Below are positions 44,560 through 60,456 of a stretch of DNA of 64,000 nucleotides, one piece after another. The DNA comes from Eledone cirrhosa (taxonomy: Eukaryota). The notes under the pieces were generated by a model. The model searched no databases. It saw nothing but the letters and a program-made list of their open reading frames with translations, and was not told the DNA's origin. The DNA lies in assembly GCA_964016885.1 (NCBI GenBank), contig OZ024741.1:135098001-135162000 (forward strand), written 5' to 3'. The number at the start of each line of letters is the position of its first letter. The stretch's first letter is position 1. Position numbers and translations under genes: made by a program.

Positions 44560-44931
44560 CAAGGGAATTAGGACACTATTTATAGAGGTCAACTAAGTGT
44601 ATGCATTTAAGAAATGCAAACTAATTAGTGCATTGGTAAGTATAGAACTTGTATAGTTTCACGTTAATGTGGGGGAGGAGGTGGAGGAGGAGGAGGAGGA
44701 AAAATGATAAATGTAATTGTTGCAATTAAAATTTCCTTGTTCCATACATATATATACAGGAAAAAACAATTGTCGTAATTTGACGAACCGTTTGAATATC
44801 GTGCTGCAGGAAAATATTCGGTTAATTTTAGATAGGTTTATGATGAAGACATACACTACATATAAACATGTTATAGACATAATATATAGTATTATACACA
44901 TATTATACACATATTATTAAGTAGATATAAG

Positions 44932-45111
44932 GACGGTGGATTGGCAGTATCAGTAGAAGGTCGGACTCCATGCTTTTGACGCATAGAGTTACGGCCCTTG
45001 CCATTCTGAGTTCGAATCCCGCCGAGTCTAACTTTGCCTTTCAGCGTCGATAAAATAAAGTACCAGTAATGCACTGGCTAATTGCTGACCTTGTGCCAAA
45101 AAGTAGAAACA
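44932..45111 (+). mobile_element. tRNA-type SINE family 1
   Basis: A box tggcagtatcag, B box gagttcgaatccc, 16-bp TSD attattaagtagatat (44913 and 45112). Confidence 0.9.
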
Positions 45112-45306
45112 ATTATTAAGTAGATATTACACTGGAATTCATCTTTGTCGGTTTCGATAATGAGTGTTCCAGTTTTTCAATCAAGGGATCAATTTACTCA
45201 TGAAATTAGCGTGTATAGTGCTGGGCATTTCAAAGACACGCGTACCCATTATGTAATGGATAAGCCGATGGGCTTCAAAATAGTTTCCTTCTACCTAATT
45301 TCAGTG

Positions 45307-45440
45307 GAGGCGCGTGTCCAAGTGGTAAAGGTGTTGGACTTACGATGATAATGTTCGATTCCTGGACAGGGTTGTGTGTTGTGTTCTTGAATAAAACACT
45401 TCATTTCACGTTGCTCCTGCATACACAGCTGAAATTGAGT
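45307..45440 (+). mobile_element. SINE family 2 fragment
   Basis: ggcgcgtgtccaagtggtaagg...gttcgattcctgg...ttgtgttcttgaataaaacactt. Confidence 0.65.
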
Positions 45441-46709
45441 ACACGCATAATTATCCAGCTAGATGAAACTTGCTCAAGATGCCACGCTATGAGATCGAAC
45501 ACAGGTTCTAATGATCGCAAAGTAAGCTTCTTAACCGTTCAGTCATGCTACGCCTATAGTAGATATTAAGTGGCGGGCTGTATCGTGTTCATTGTATCAC
45601 TTTAGTTTTCACTGGTTGAGTTTTCTATGGGATTATAATTTATTAAATGAAAAGAGAGAAGATATTTTTAAAATCTGAGGAATAGATTTAATAGCTCTGT
45701 TGTAAAAGATCCATGATGGCTTCTCCAAATTAAATTACTTGTTTTCACAAATCCTGACAGATGTAATTGTTATGACGAAGTTAATTTTCAGGGAGTACAG
45801 TTGTACAACAAAAGAGGAAATGTGCTAAATTGGCTTAACAAATAGAGAGCAGGGCCAGCGCTATCTTTAAAGAGAAATAGGCGGCTGCTTATATAGACTT
45901 TAGTGGCGCATTACCGAACTTTAAAGTATTACAGTTTTTATAGAAGTTTGTAAAATTAAATACATAATAATTTCCTGTGATTAATAAATAAATTGCTAAA
46001 GATCTTTTCCCAGTTGCAACATTGTGGAAATATCAAGAGCTGTGGACAAGGTTGTATGGTGTTATGACCTGTCACATGATTTGGTTTGGGCGAGAGTGTA
46101 GTAATTTTTTTAGTGGTGTTAGATTAAGAAGTGTCGAAACCTAGTTTTGTTCCATTACCAAACTAAATTGAAATTATAAGCGCATTGTAGAGCTCTAAAT
46201 ACCCAGGGGATCCTGGGAAAGAGGGGAGAGAGAGAGGGAGAGAGAGTGAGAGAGAGAGAAGTGGCGAAAAGAAAAAGACAGATAGTATGAGAATAAAAAG
46301 AAGATAGGGAGAGTGAAACAAGTGGCGAAAGAGAAAGACATACACATATATAGATAGAAGGAAATATGAGAGACAAAGAGATAGAGAGGTTGAAAAAAAC
46401 ATAGATATATATATATAGCTACAGAGATGATCAAAGTAAAAATATAGAAAAATCTAGATAGTTGGTTTATAAAGAAATAAAATTAAACCAAACCAAACCT
46501 TTTATGAATGACATGAAACACAAGGAGGTAACCGAAACCATAGTCTATGAAATATTATTAATACAGCAAGTCACTTTGCTAATAAAAGCGCAAAGATAAC
46601 TTTTAACTAATCAAAGAAAGAATTACTAACTGAAGTTTCTTGCTAAATGAAGTGTGTGAGTGGAAGTTAAGATCTAAAACATAGCAAAGGAACACTAATA
46701 TACTAGCAA

Positions 46710-46900
46710 AGGCACATGGTCTAGTGGGTAGCTTATTTGGCCTTCGATCGTAAAGTTGTGAGTTCGATTCCTGAATAGCAAGCTGAGTCATTGAACAAGA
46801 CACTTTATTTCACATTATTTCATTCCACTCAGCTGCCAAAAAATACATTTGTAATTCAAAGAATCGGTCTTCTCTATCAGTGTCACGCTAAACTTTGCCG
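46710..46900 (+). mobile_element. SINE family 2 fragment
   Basis: ggcacatggtctagtgg...gagttcgattcctg...ttgaacaagacacttt. Confidence 0.65.
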
Positions 46901-47575
46901 ATAAGGTTGCACGACGGAGGTCCAATACATATACATTCAAACATGCACACATACACATACACACACACAGACTTCCTAACATACAATCACGGACACATAC
47001 ACAAACATACTGACAGACTCGCACACACACACACACATATACACACATTAGTGTTTCCCATTTTATGATAGGTTATTAGGAAGTAAAAGCTTGTAATTGT
47101 GGGTAGTAGTAGGTAAATATAAAAATATAGATCTATTAAAAACAAATAGATGAATGAATTCACTACACCTCTAACATTGCAAATATACCATAAATGAGTA
47201 TATATAGACATTCAGCAAGTAAACATGTCAAATTTACGTATTTCCTCGTATATTGGAAAAAAAAAAAAAGTTAATTTGATATGCTCTAGAATTAAAGACA
47301 GCAATTTGAAGAAAAATTTGAGAAAAGGAATATTTTTATAAATTATTCTATTCGTCGAAAATGATGGAGAAAGATTGAAAAGGAAACATGCTATAATTCA
47401 GACATTTACTTTGTGTGTGTTTCTATGCCTCTTTCGCTATTTACCTCTTATTTCGGTCAGTGTTTGTACTCTTATTTCAGCCAGTATGTTAATTCTCTAT
47501 ATCTCTCTCTTACTTCCTCCTACTGTCTTTCCCTCACTATACGGACCAACCAGCGATACTGAGTATTATATATAT

Positions 47576-47638
<63 letters not shown>

Positions 47639-47912
47639 ATGTGTGTGTAACTTATTGATCTCTCATCCTTATCAAGATAAATATTATGAGCTAGAGAGCT
47701 TAATACTGAAAGTAGAGTTATATGTAAGACCACTGTTGCGAATACATCTTTGCATTGCTGGTTTTATAGATAAAATGCAATACGCATCTAGATTTATTAT
47801 TCCTAAGCATAACTGAACAAGAGATATTGAGTGATATAATCAACTATATAGTTTAAACGCGCGCAGAAATATGACCAACGGTTTCCTAAATGAAATTTAT
47901 TTTCATTTCCAG

Positions 47913-47957
47913 ATACATCGTATGTATCATAAGATTTTTGGCAGAAACTCCATTAAG
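47913..47957 (+). other. Putative 45-bp host-gene exon
   Basis: Strong acceptor tttattttcatttccag and donor AAG|gtaagc. Open in phase 0 (IHRMYHKIFGRNSIK). A paralogous donor lies at 27802. Confidence 0.5.
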
Positions 47958-48772
47958 GTAAGCGTTCCTTTCTGTAAATAGTGTGCAAGCTCAATTAAAT
48001 ATTTCAGATTTAAAAGTCTTTTCGGTAACAATGATATACTCTCTTCTCCTCATAATAATTGCATCGCTCTAAACAGTTCCCCTCTTAATGGCAGTTGCTC
48101 TTGGAAAACAAATATCAATCTTGGATTGAAAGAGAACTCTCTTATGACTCGATTTTATCAACATATTCATTCAATCTAGTAAACGACGGAAATATTTACA
48201 AGTCTTTTCAAATAAATTTGGTCTTTAAAAGATTTTGAAATCAAAGAAGTAATCGTTGCCTATGCATTCTTATGTACATGGCAACTTTCGTTCACTTGAA
48301 TGATGTCTTAGTAAAAACTCATTCATTATACTTCAAGACATGGCTTAACAAAAATGTTTGAAATGTTATGCTGCTGTAAACGCACTTCCAAATTCTTATT
48401 TTACAACTATGTACAACTAAACGTATGAATTCAGGAATATTTCTATTAATACAGTGTTTATACTTTCCATTTTGGGAGATTTATGTTTTAAAAAAAATTG
48501 AATTAACTCTCCTGTTCAGTTATATTCTTTTACAAACACGCAAATATATAAATGTTTGATTTTTAATTTCCCGCAAAAATAAACATATTAAAACATATTA
48601 AAACATCCATGTATTTTACCATAACCATGTTTAGAACGTGTTATATGACATCACACATCTAACTGGCAAACCATCTCCATATTTCTGAAATTGGGGTATC
48701 TGGGTAATGGTTTAGGAAGTTTCAGCTTTATATATACATTTATATATAAGTAGAAGAGATATTTAATGATAG

Positions 48773-48809
48773 TTATAAATATAGTTTCCATTTATTTAAT
48801 ATCATTGTA

Positions 48810-48904
<95 letters not shown>

Positions 48905-48934
48905 GATATTAACAAATGGAAACTATATTTATAA
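48773..48934. repeat. Palindrome with ~30-bp arms around a (TA)n spacer
   Basis: ttataaatatagtttccattt..ttaatatc (TA)n gatattaacaaatggaaactatatttataa. Confidence 0.85.
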
Positions 48935-49096
48935 AACCATATTTATTTCATTATACATATTTCAAGGACACCAAGTTAAATTATGGTGTCCTTTCATCCG
49001 ACAAAATATAATATAGATCAGTTTTATAAATAAATATTGACATACCCCTAAAAAATGCAACCATTACTGTTGGAAGCTCCTATATGTATTTATATT

Positions 49097-49190
<94 letters not shown>

Positions 49191-49248
49191 TATATACATA
49201 TATGGCTGATCCAGTGACCTGTTACCCTGAGGTTTGTATGTATGTATG

Positions 49249-50155
49249 TTTTTCTTTCTCTTAATTTTGAGTACATTTTTTACCGGCCATCTTCCTGGTG
49301 GCAAGGTTAGTAAAAGAAAAGAAATTGTCATCCCTTGAATCACAAGAATGTTTTGCAAATTTTCAAGGTGGTAGCTATCGCAACCATTTGTAGTCTATGA
49401 ATTAGGGAGTTGCGCTTTTTGTCCACAAATCCAAGTTCAGTCATACTTTGGTCCAAGCGGGATGATATATAACCTGAAGCTCCAATAATGGATAATTAGC
49501 TGAAGGTGTATCTTGGATTCTGTATCTGCATCAATGGTCCGTAGATATTCTCCTTCACCTGTATTTTTCTTATAACGTTGACATCAAGTGGGCAGCTGAT
49601 CTCTACAACAGGCACGTTTTCAATGTGTGGTCCCAAACAACAATATCAGGCCGGTTGTGCTTTAATATGGTAACAGTTTTTATTTTTAGGTTCCACCAGT
49701 ATTCCTTAGTGCCATCTATCTCAACATATTCCTCCTCGTTTGTTGTTAATTTTGTTTTCCTCAGTGCGATCCAGATGGTTCTAGCTATCACATCGGGTCT
49801 CATGGGGAGGTAGTAGCGAGACGATATTCTTTCACTGTTGACAACAACAATATGGCTAACATCTTCAATCTTTGTTTTTCATAGCTTACATTTATTGTCG
49901 ACTCATGGCCCTCCTCTTTTGAGTATTAGATATTTGGTAGAGATTTCTTGTTCCTGTATTACATAGAGATATCCTTCAAGGTGGGCTGTCATAAAGTTGT
50001 CGGAACTCCATGCCAGGCTCTTTGAATGATTTATCCGTATATGGTCTGTGTTTTTTGTTTCAGGTACCCATGCACAACTTTCTCTGTAAATTGGTCGATT
50101 TTTATCTTGTTCGAGCATTGAATAGGATCTTCCAATGTTCCTGGGAGAGAGATTT

Positions 50156-50157
<2 letters not shown>
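49249..50157 (-). mobile_element. R4/Dong-type RLE non-LTR retrotransposon 3' fragment, copy A
   Basis: EGYLYVIQEQEI, decayed CCHC knuckle, KHNRPDIVVWD..EISCP restriction-like endonuclease. Flanked by (CATA)n on both sides. Confidence 0.85.
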
Positions 50158-50187
<30 letters not shown>

Positions 50188-50248
50188 TGTATGTATGTAT
50201 GTATGTATGTATGTATGTATGTATGTATGTATGTATGTATGTATGTAT

Positions 50249-50348
50249 GTCACACTCATTCAGCGCATCGGTAGGGGTTCTCCTACATGGATATAAAGTA
50301 GTGGCCGTACTCGAAAACGAGTTGGCAGCCACCATGTATGTATGTATG
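50249..50348 (+). mobile_element. 5'-truncated 3' end of the adjacent RTE element with short (TGTA)n tail
   Basis: Near-identical to 50864-50950. Confidence 0.75.
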
Positions 50349-51008
50349 TCAGGTCACCAGTTGGTGCTACTGGTAACATGTATCCCAGTACAACCTGTCT
50401 CATGGTCGGGTCGTTGGTGACTAAACTGGCAACCCCACCAAGGTTTCTTGGTGAGGAGGGTGACTTTGGACATCCTGCAGGACTAAAAACAAAACCTGTC
50501 AAAGGAGCTCTTAAGAGTCAATGGCCATCCAAAATCACCGGGAGAGATGACCCCTTAGCCTTTGTCAAGGCAGAATTCTAGGAGAAGGAAAACTCTGATA
50601 TAACACCTGCAACCCTGATGGTATCCAATGATGTTGACTTGTTCTTCTTTTTGGTAAATATCATCTTGGTTAAGAGAGTGGGACTGGCTTTGTGCAGTGC
50701 CTTTGCTCACTATAAAAGCTTCACAGCACAGGCATTGCTTTATATCTGTAGATCTCTCTGCACTTGTCGTCACATGGTACCATGGGCCCAGCACTATGTC
50801 TGAATAATTGTCACAAGTGTAGTGTTTGTACCAGAGTTTTCAAGTCGCTGGCTGGACTAAGAAGTCACACTCGTTGAGCGCATCGGTAGGGGTTCTCCTA
50901 CATGGATATAAAGTAGTGGCCGTACTCGAAAACGAGTTGGCAGCCACCATGTATGTATGTATGTATGTATGTATGTATGTATGTATGTATGTATGTATGT
51001 ATGTATGT
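50349..51008 (+). mobile_element. Bipartite non-autonomous RTE (BovB-like) element: 5' UTR joined to C-terminal C2H2 finger, 3' hairpin and (TGTA)n tail
   Basis: RTE 5' UTR motif ggagaaggaaaactctga; peptide CSVCTRVFKSLAGLRSHTR; 3' stem-loop gtggc..actcg-aaaa-cgagt..gccac; tail 50950-51008. Confidence 0.75.
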
Positions 51009-51009
51009 A

Positions 51010-51635
51010 TCTCTTTCTCTTAATTTCGAGTATATTTTTTTGACCGGCCACCTTCCTGGTGGCAAGGTTGTAAAAGAAAAGAAATTGTCATCCCTTGAAT
51101 CGCAAGAATGTTTTGCAAATTTTGAAGGTGCCAGCTATCGCAGCCATTTGTAGACTATGAATTAGGGAGCTGCGCTTTTTGTCCGCAAATCCAAGTTCAG
51201 TCATACTTTGGTCTAAGCGGGTTGGTATATAACCCGTAGCCCCAACAATGATGGGTATGTATCTTGGATACTGGATTTGTAAACTCCTCATCAATGATCC
51301 GTAGATGTCCTCCTTCTCCTGTATTTTTCTGACAACGTTTACATCAAGTGGGCAGCTGATCTCCACAACAGAACACGTTTTCAATGTGTGGTCCCAAACA
51401 ACAATATCAGGCCGGTTGTGCTTTAATTTGGTGGCAGTTTTTATTTTCAGGTTCCACCAGTATTCCTTAGTGCCATCTGTCTCAATATATTCTTCCTCGT
51501 TTGTTAATTTTGTTTTCCGAAGTGCGTTCCAGATGGTTCTAGCTATCACATCGTGTCTCATGGGGAGGTAGTAGCGAGATGACATTCTTTCGCAGCTGGC
51601 AACAATGTGGCTTACATCCTGGATCTTTGTTTTAC
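51010..51635 (-). mobile_element. R4/Dong-type RLE retrotransposon 3' fragment, copy B
   Basis: HIVASC..RHDVIARTIW..RPDIVVWD..VEISCPLD..EKEDIY..IIVGATG, open to the stop at 51088. Flanked by (CATA)n. Confidence 0.9.
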
Positions 51636-51898
51636 ATGTATGTATGTATGTATGTATGTATGTATGTATGTATGTATGTATGTATGTATGTATGTATGTA
51701 TGTATGTATGTATGTATGTGATTCAGTGAATTACTGGTGGTACCAAAATGAGCACTCAATGCTCAGGTAGAGTGTAGATATTAAGAATAACGATGAAGTT
51801 TCGTTTACACGTATCTAGTTCTTTTATTGTGTATCTTTTACATGTATTTAGTTCTTTTATTGTCACCCATAGAATACTGTGTATTTTTTGTAGTATCG

Positions 51899-51988
51899 CT
51901 AGTCTGATGAGCAGATCGATAATAGATTTGGGTCCATAACTTCTATAGGTGACCTTGAGCCAATCCTCTGCGAAACGCGCGCAACAGG
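51899..51988 (+). ncRNA. Hammerhead motif (canonical CTGATGA core, long stem II, cleavage triplet mutated to GCA)
   Basis: CTGATGA gcaga...tctgc GAAAC GCGC GCA acagg. Confidence 0.65.
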
Positions 51989-52073
51989 TCGATACACACA
52001 ACAAAAAACTATATGTATGTAAACGAAACTAAACTTCATCGTTTTTCTTAACATGTACGCACACACACACACA

Positions 52074-52183
<110 letters not shown>

Positions 52184-52189
52184 CACACA

Positions 52190-53740
52190 CTTATATATAC
52201 ATAGGTTTATGAATTTACGCACGTGTCGTGTTTGTGCCAATGTAAACATTGATATCGATTCAAAAAGCCTTAGTGGTGTTTTATAAAAAAAAACATAACT
52301 TAGCGATCCGACAAAATATCGAATAAAAGACCGGTAATTATGAAAAAGGCCGGTACAATGCGGTACAACGCGGTACAACGCGATAGAAAAATACAATGGG
52401 CAAAATGATAACAAATAAAATAGAACGAAGTAATGTTTTACTCAGTGTATTTCAACATGACATTTCAGGGCTATTACCCTATTTTCAGATGCGAAGCTGA
52501 AACAGTCCAAGACAAAACAAATGAGCGAGCAGAGTTTTCTTCTCTAACTGGTCTATGTATTTGCAAAACACATGCATATGCTCGGGGTCACTACAGTAAC
52601 CATTCTCCCTCGTACATTTCTGACCTATTATTTATCTCTGATTATATGTGGCTGATGAAAATGACCTCCTTAATTCTTAAATTTCCCATGCGTATTTCAG
52701 ACACCTAGGCCAGTTAGGAAAAGAAAAAAAAAAAGATTCAATTATCCGTCTTGCTTTGAACTGTTTCACCCGCTTGAAATATCATGTTGAAATACATTGG
52801 TTAAAACATTACCTTGAACTGTTTCACCCGCTTGAAGTATCATGTTGAAATACATTGGTTAAAACATTACCTTGAACTGTTTCACCCGCTTGAAATATCA
52901 TGTTGAAATACATTGGTTAAAACATTACCTTGAACTGTTTCACCCGCTTGAAGTATCATGTTGAAATACATTGGTTAAAACATTACCTTGAACTGTTTCA
53001 CCCGCTTGAAATATCATGTTGAAATACATTGGTTAAAACATTACCTTGAACTGTTTCACCCGCTTGAAATATCATGTTGAAATACATTGGTTAAAACATT
53101 ACCTTGAACTGTTTCACCCGCTTGAAGTATCATGTTGAAATACATTGGTTAAAACATTACCTTGAACTGTTTCACGCGCTTGAAATATCATGTTGAAATA
53201 CATTGGTTAAAACATTACCTTGAACTGTTTCACCCGCTTGAAATATCATGTTGAAATACATTGGTTAAAACATTACCTTGAACTGTTTCACCCGCTTGAA
53301 ATATCATGTTGAAATACATTGGTTAAAACATTACCTTGAACTGTTTCACCCGCTTGAAGTATCATGTTGAAATACATTGGTTAAAACATTACCTTGAACT
53401 GTTTCACCCGCTTGAAATATCATGTTGAAATACATTGGTTAAAACATTACCTTGAACTGTTTCACCCGCTTGAAATATCATGTTGAAATACATTGGTTAA
53501 AACATTACCTTGAACTGTTTCACCCGCTTGAAGTATCATGTTGAAATACATTGGTTAAAACATTACCTTGAACTGTTTCACGCGCTTGAAGTATCATGTT
53601 GAAATACATTGGTTAAAACATTACCTTGAACTGTTTCATTTGTTATCATTTGACCATTGTATTTTTCTACGCTTTGTACCGTTTTTTTTTTGAAAATTAT
53701 CACTCATTTATTACATATCTCACAATGTTTTGTATTAATT
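52190..53740. mobile_element. Non-coding element with ~100-bp inverted repeats (52350-52470 / 53586-53682) containing a minisatellite
   Basis: Arms are reverse complements of each other. A second copy lies at 10922-11985. Outer limits are approximate. Confidence 0.65.
52756..53638. repeat. 58-bp minisatellite, 15 near-identical units
   Basis: Unit ttgaactgtttcacccgcttgaa(a/g)tatcatgttgaaatacattggttaaaacattacc, with only two variable positions. Confidence 0.97.
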
Positions 53741-54332
53741 ATTGAATGTGAATCTCTTTCTTAATGGTAACCCAATATATATATATATAATTGTGTGTGT
53801 GTGTGTGTGTGTATATACATTTTACTCGCAAAGGGCGGAGGAACTCAGCAGAGTCAACGGCCATCCAGTATTTTTTTGTCTTCTTTTTGTTTTTTTCACC
53901 TGGGAATGAAAGGCCCCCAGTTGTTCTCACAATACCTTTCTAAGAGATGGAAACTGTGAAAGAAAACCTGAGATTTAGGAAGCATCCGATGATGTTGACC
54001 AGTTCTCCTTTTCGGTTGGTATGTGAAATAGACTGTATCATTAATCTAGTGAAGAAATAAGACGTCTTTTTAATGTTTTTTTTTTGTGAAAGTATAAGGA
54101 TAAAAGATGAAATCGAAAATGCAACTGGAGTCTTTTTAAGAATATTTATTTGTTTCCTTTACCGGTTTCACAGTTCTTATGCTTTTCAAAAGTAGAATTG
54201 AGATGGAGGGTTTGTGGTTTTTCTCGCATCTGGCTGGTTTTCGAATATAACTTCTGTTTTATGTGTAAAAAAATGGCTCGAATAGAAAGGGTGTTTAAAC
54301 AGTAATTCGGTTGATTGATGACTATCACATGA

Positions 54333-54378
<46 letters not shown>

Positions 54379-54689
54379 GGTCGATTTTTGTCCTTTAATT
54401 TGTACCTGTAGACTGCCGCCATGCTAAATCACAAACTTAAAGGGATTTAGCTGATCTTATGGATCCCTGTACTTAAATATTTTCAAGATTAGCGCTCATA
54501 TTATCAATCTAATTTTTAACAAACCGTTATATAAGGCTACTCTATTTTAGCAAATCACTTTGACTTTTGTCTACCAACATCTACATCTATTCCGCTTGGC
54601 AGCGACATGGATGTAGATGTTAATGATATTCTAGGGGTCCTGGTTAGTTTTTCTAGCATGTTATCTCCCACCGATATATATATATATGG

Positions 54690-54965
54690 TGTTGTAACTC
54701 CCTATAGAGTCGTAGGGGTCCCGTATTGACATAAGGCGTTTCTTGGTCATTTTAAACCGAGCGGAGCCCCTCCGTCGACATGTCAGAGTACAGCAGATTT
54801 CTCCCAACGAAAGACAGAAAGTGAGAGAATGGAAACGAGGAAGAGATTTAGAAGAAGAATCCGCCCCAGCATTTGACTGGAATTTTTTTTTATCGACCTT
54901 GAAAAGTTGACCTCGACGGGATTTAAGCTCAGAGAGCAGAGAGCCAAAACGAATACCATAAAGCA
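54690..54965 (-). mobile_element. SINE family 1 (long form)
   Basis: Reverse complement matches 27360-27650. Another partial + copy lies at 55060-55160. Confidence 0.7.
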
Positions 54966-54988
54966 TACAGGACCATATATATATAAAT

Positions 54989-55058
<70 letters not shown>

Positions 55059-55236
55059 TTGGCAAAGTCGGTAGAACGTTGGATAGAATGCTTTATGGTA
55101 TTCGTTCTGATTCTCTGCTCTCTGAGCTCAAATCCCGCCGAGGTCAACTTTGCTTTCATATATCACAAAAATCATCATGGTAATTGGAAGTCATTAATAA
55201 CTATTTAAACACCTAGGTGACTTTTGGGACAAAGTA

Positions 55237-55298
<62 letters not shown>

Positions 55299-55453
55299 AA
55301 AGGGAGTAGTCTACTTGGTTATTTGCAGTTTAGCGTACAGTTTATTTCAATAAAAAAAAATAAAAAAATAACTCTAGCCCGGTAGATTGGATGTATTGAG
55401 TTCTCGTTAATTTTTTACTGTTAAATCTACAGTAATATTCAATAGACTTCAGA

Positions 55454-55502
<49 letters not shown>

Positions 55503-55602
55503 TATGCACATCTCTCTCTTTCTCTCTCTCTCTCTCTCCTCCCCTCTCCCTCTCTCTCTCTCTCTCTCTCGCTCTCTTTATATATATATATATATATATA
55601 GG

Positions 55603-55710
55603 AAAAAGTATGACCCCCACAGCAGAGCTCAAGCCGTTTCGACGGCTATTTCTGACTCCAGAAATAGCCGTCGAAACGGCTTGAGCTCTGCCGTCGGGGT
55701 CATACTTTTT
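55603..55710. repeat. 52-bp-arm hairpin built from two inverted PLE 3' termini
   Basis: Arms 55603-55654 and 55659-55710 (2 mismatches, 4-nt loop). The arm matches the PLE terminus at 12029-12084. Confidence 0.88.
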
Positions 55711-55979
55711 CATATTTCCCACTCTGCTACCCTAAGTATTGAGTACTCTGGTGCGTTATGGTCCATCTGGTTCCTTACCACAATTCCTTTGTTATATATA
55801 TATATATATATATATAATATAAGACCAAAAGATGGTTAAAAGAGTTCCAAGTATTTTATTATTCGCATTTCAAAAGCAAATATCATCATGAGATGATATC
55901 TGCGTTTTCATCAGATAAAATAGGGATACATGATATGAAGGTTAAAAACACTTGTGAATAGTGAAGTTTTAAATCAGCA

Positions 55980-59501
<3,522 letters not shown>

Positions 59502-59519
59502 CCCCCTTCTCACTCTCTG

Positions 59520-60456
59520 ACTGACACTGACATCTCTCTACACCAAGAAGTGCAACTTTTACTACTGCTACTGTAGTGTTAGTTTAGCTACCTGCAACAG
59601 CGCTCGCTGCTGCCTGCTCACAATACAACAACAACAACACTACTTTCAAACTACTTCCATCTGCGTTTACCTTCCATCTTAGTCTTCTCTCTGACTCTCC
59701 GCTCCAGGATATTTGGATTATAACAAAACTTCGTAGGAAAAAAAAAAAAGATAATGTTTATTTATTATTATATATTATAAAACATTAAAGTAAAAAAAAT
59801 ATATATATTATCAATATTATGTAGAATAATTACATATATAATCTTGCAAATGATATTATATTAATATTATATTAATTTAATTTCTTCTCCCTCTTAGAGA
59901 AGAAAGAAAATAAGAGTAAAAAGAAAAAAATCAACAAACATACAAACCCCTTCCCCTAAAAGTATTTGTTTTGTGAAATATTTGTGTTAATGTCTCCCCA
60001 CCACCAGCACTGACACTATCACCGCCGCTAACACCACCACCGAATAACAACTAACACCACAACCACTAGCAACAACAACATCACCACCACCAACAGCCAC
60101 AACAACTACTAACGACGACTTTAAGTAAATATTTGTCTTTTAGTTGTATCAACATCGTTTAAATTTCAGTATTCGTGTAAATATTGTATAAATAAAGAAA
60201 TCGTTTATATATAATATCATATAAACATATATAGAACGATATATAATAAAATTATATATATATAAATATATATGTATATAAAGGAAAACAAAAAAAAACT
60301 TCTGCTCCAATTCTATAGGTATATCCTTGCCATATTTTGCTAACTGTATTGTCAAAAGCTAAAGCTTAGTTCTCTAATAACTTTGTGTGTGAAATCTAAT
60401 ACAAATGTGATCATTGCCTTCAACTTGTACTCAATTTTCAATAACAACAATTTCAG
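59520..60456 (+). other. Putative non-coding first exon / 5' UTR of a host gene
   Basis: Transposon-free stretch downstream of CT-rich tracts, ending in a consensus donor CAG|gtaaga. The start is uncertain. Confidence 0.4.

Noticed and set aside
44932-45025. tRNA gene
   Set aside because: A and B boxes are present, but there is no cloverleaf, the sequence is multi-copy and it has a TSD, so it is a SINE.
50864-50950. HDV-like ribozyme on the minus strand (GGTGGCTG/CGGCCACT P1)
   Set aside because: No P2/P3/P1.1 nesting. It is better explained as the 3' stem-loop of the + strand RTE element.
52756-53638. CRISPR-like array
   Set aside because: Units are contiguous and near-identical, with no unique spacers and no cas genes. 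The context is eukaryotic.
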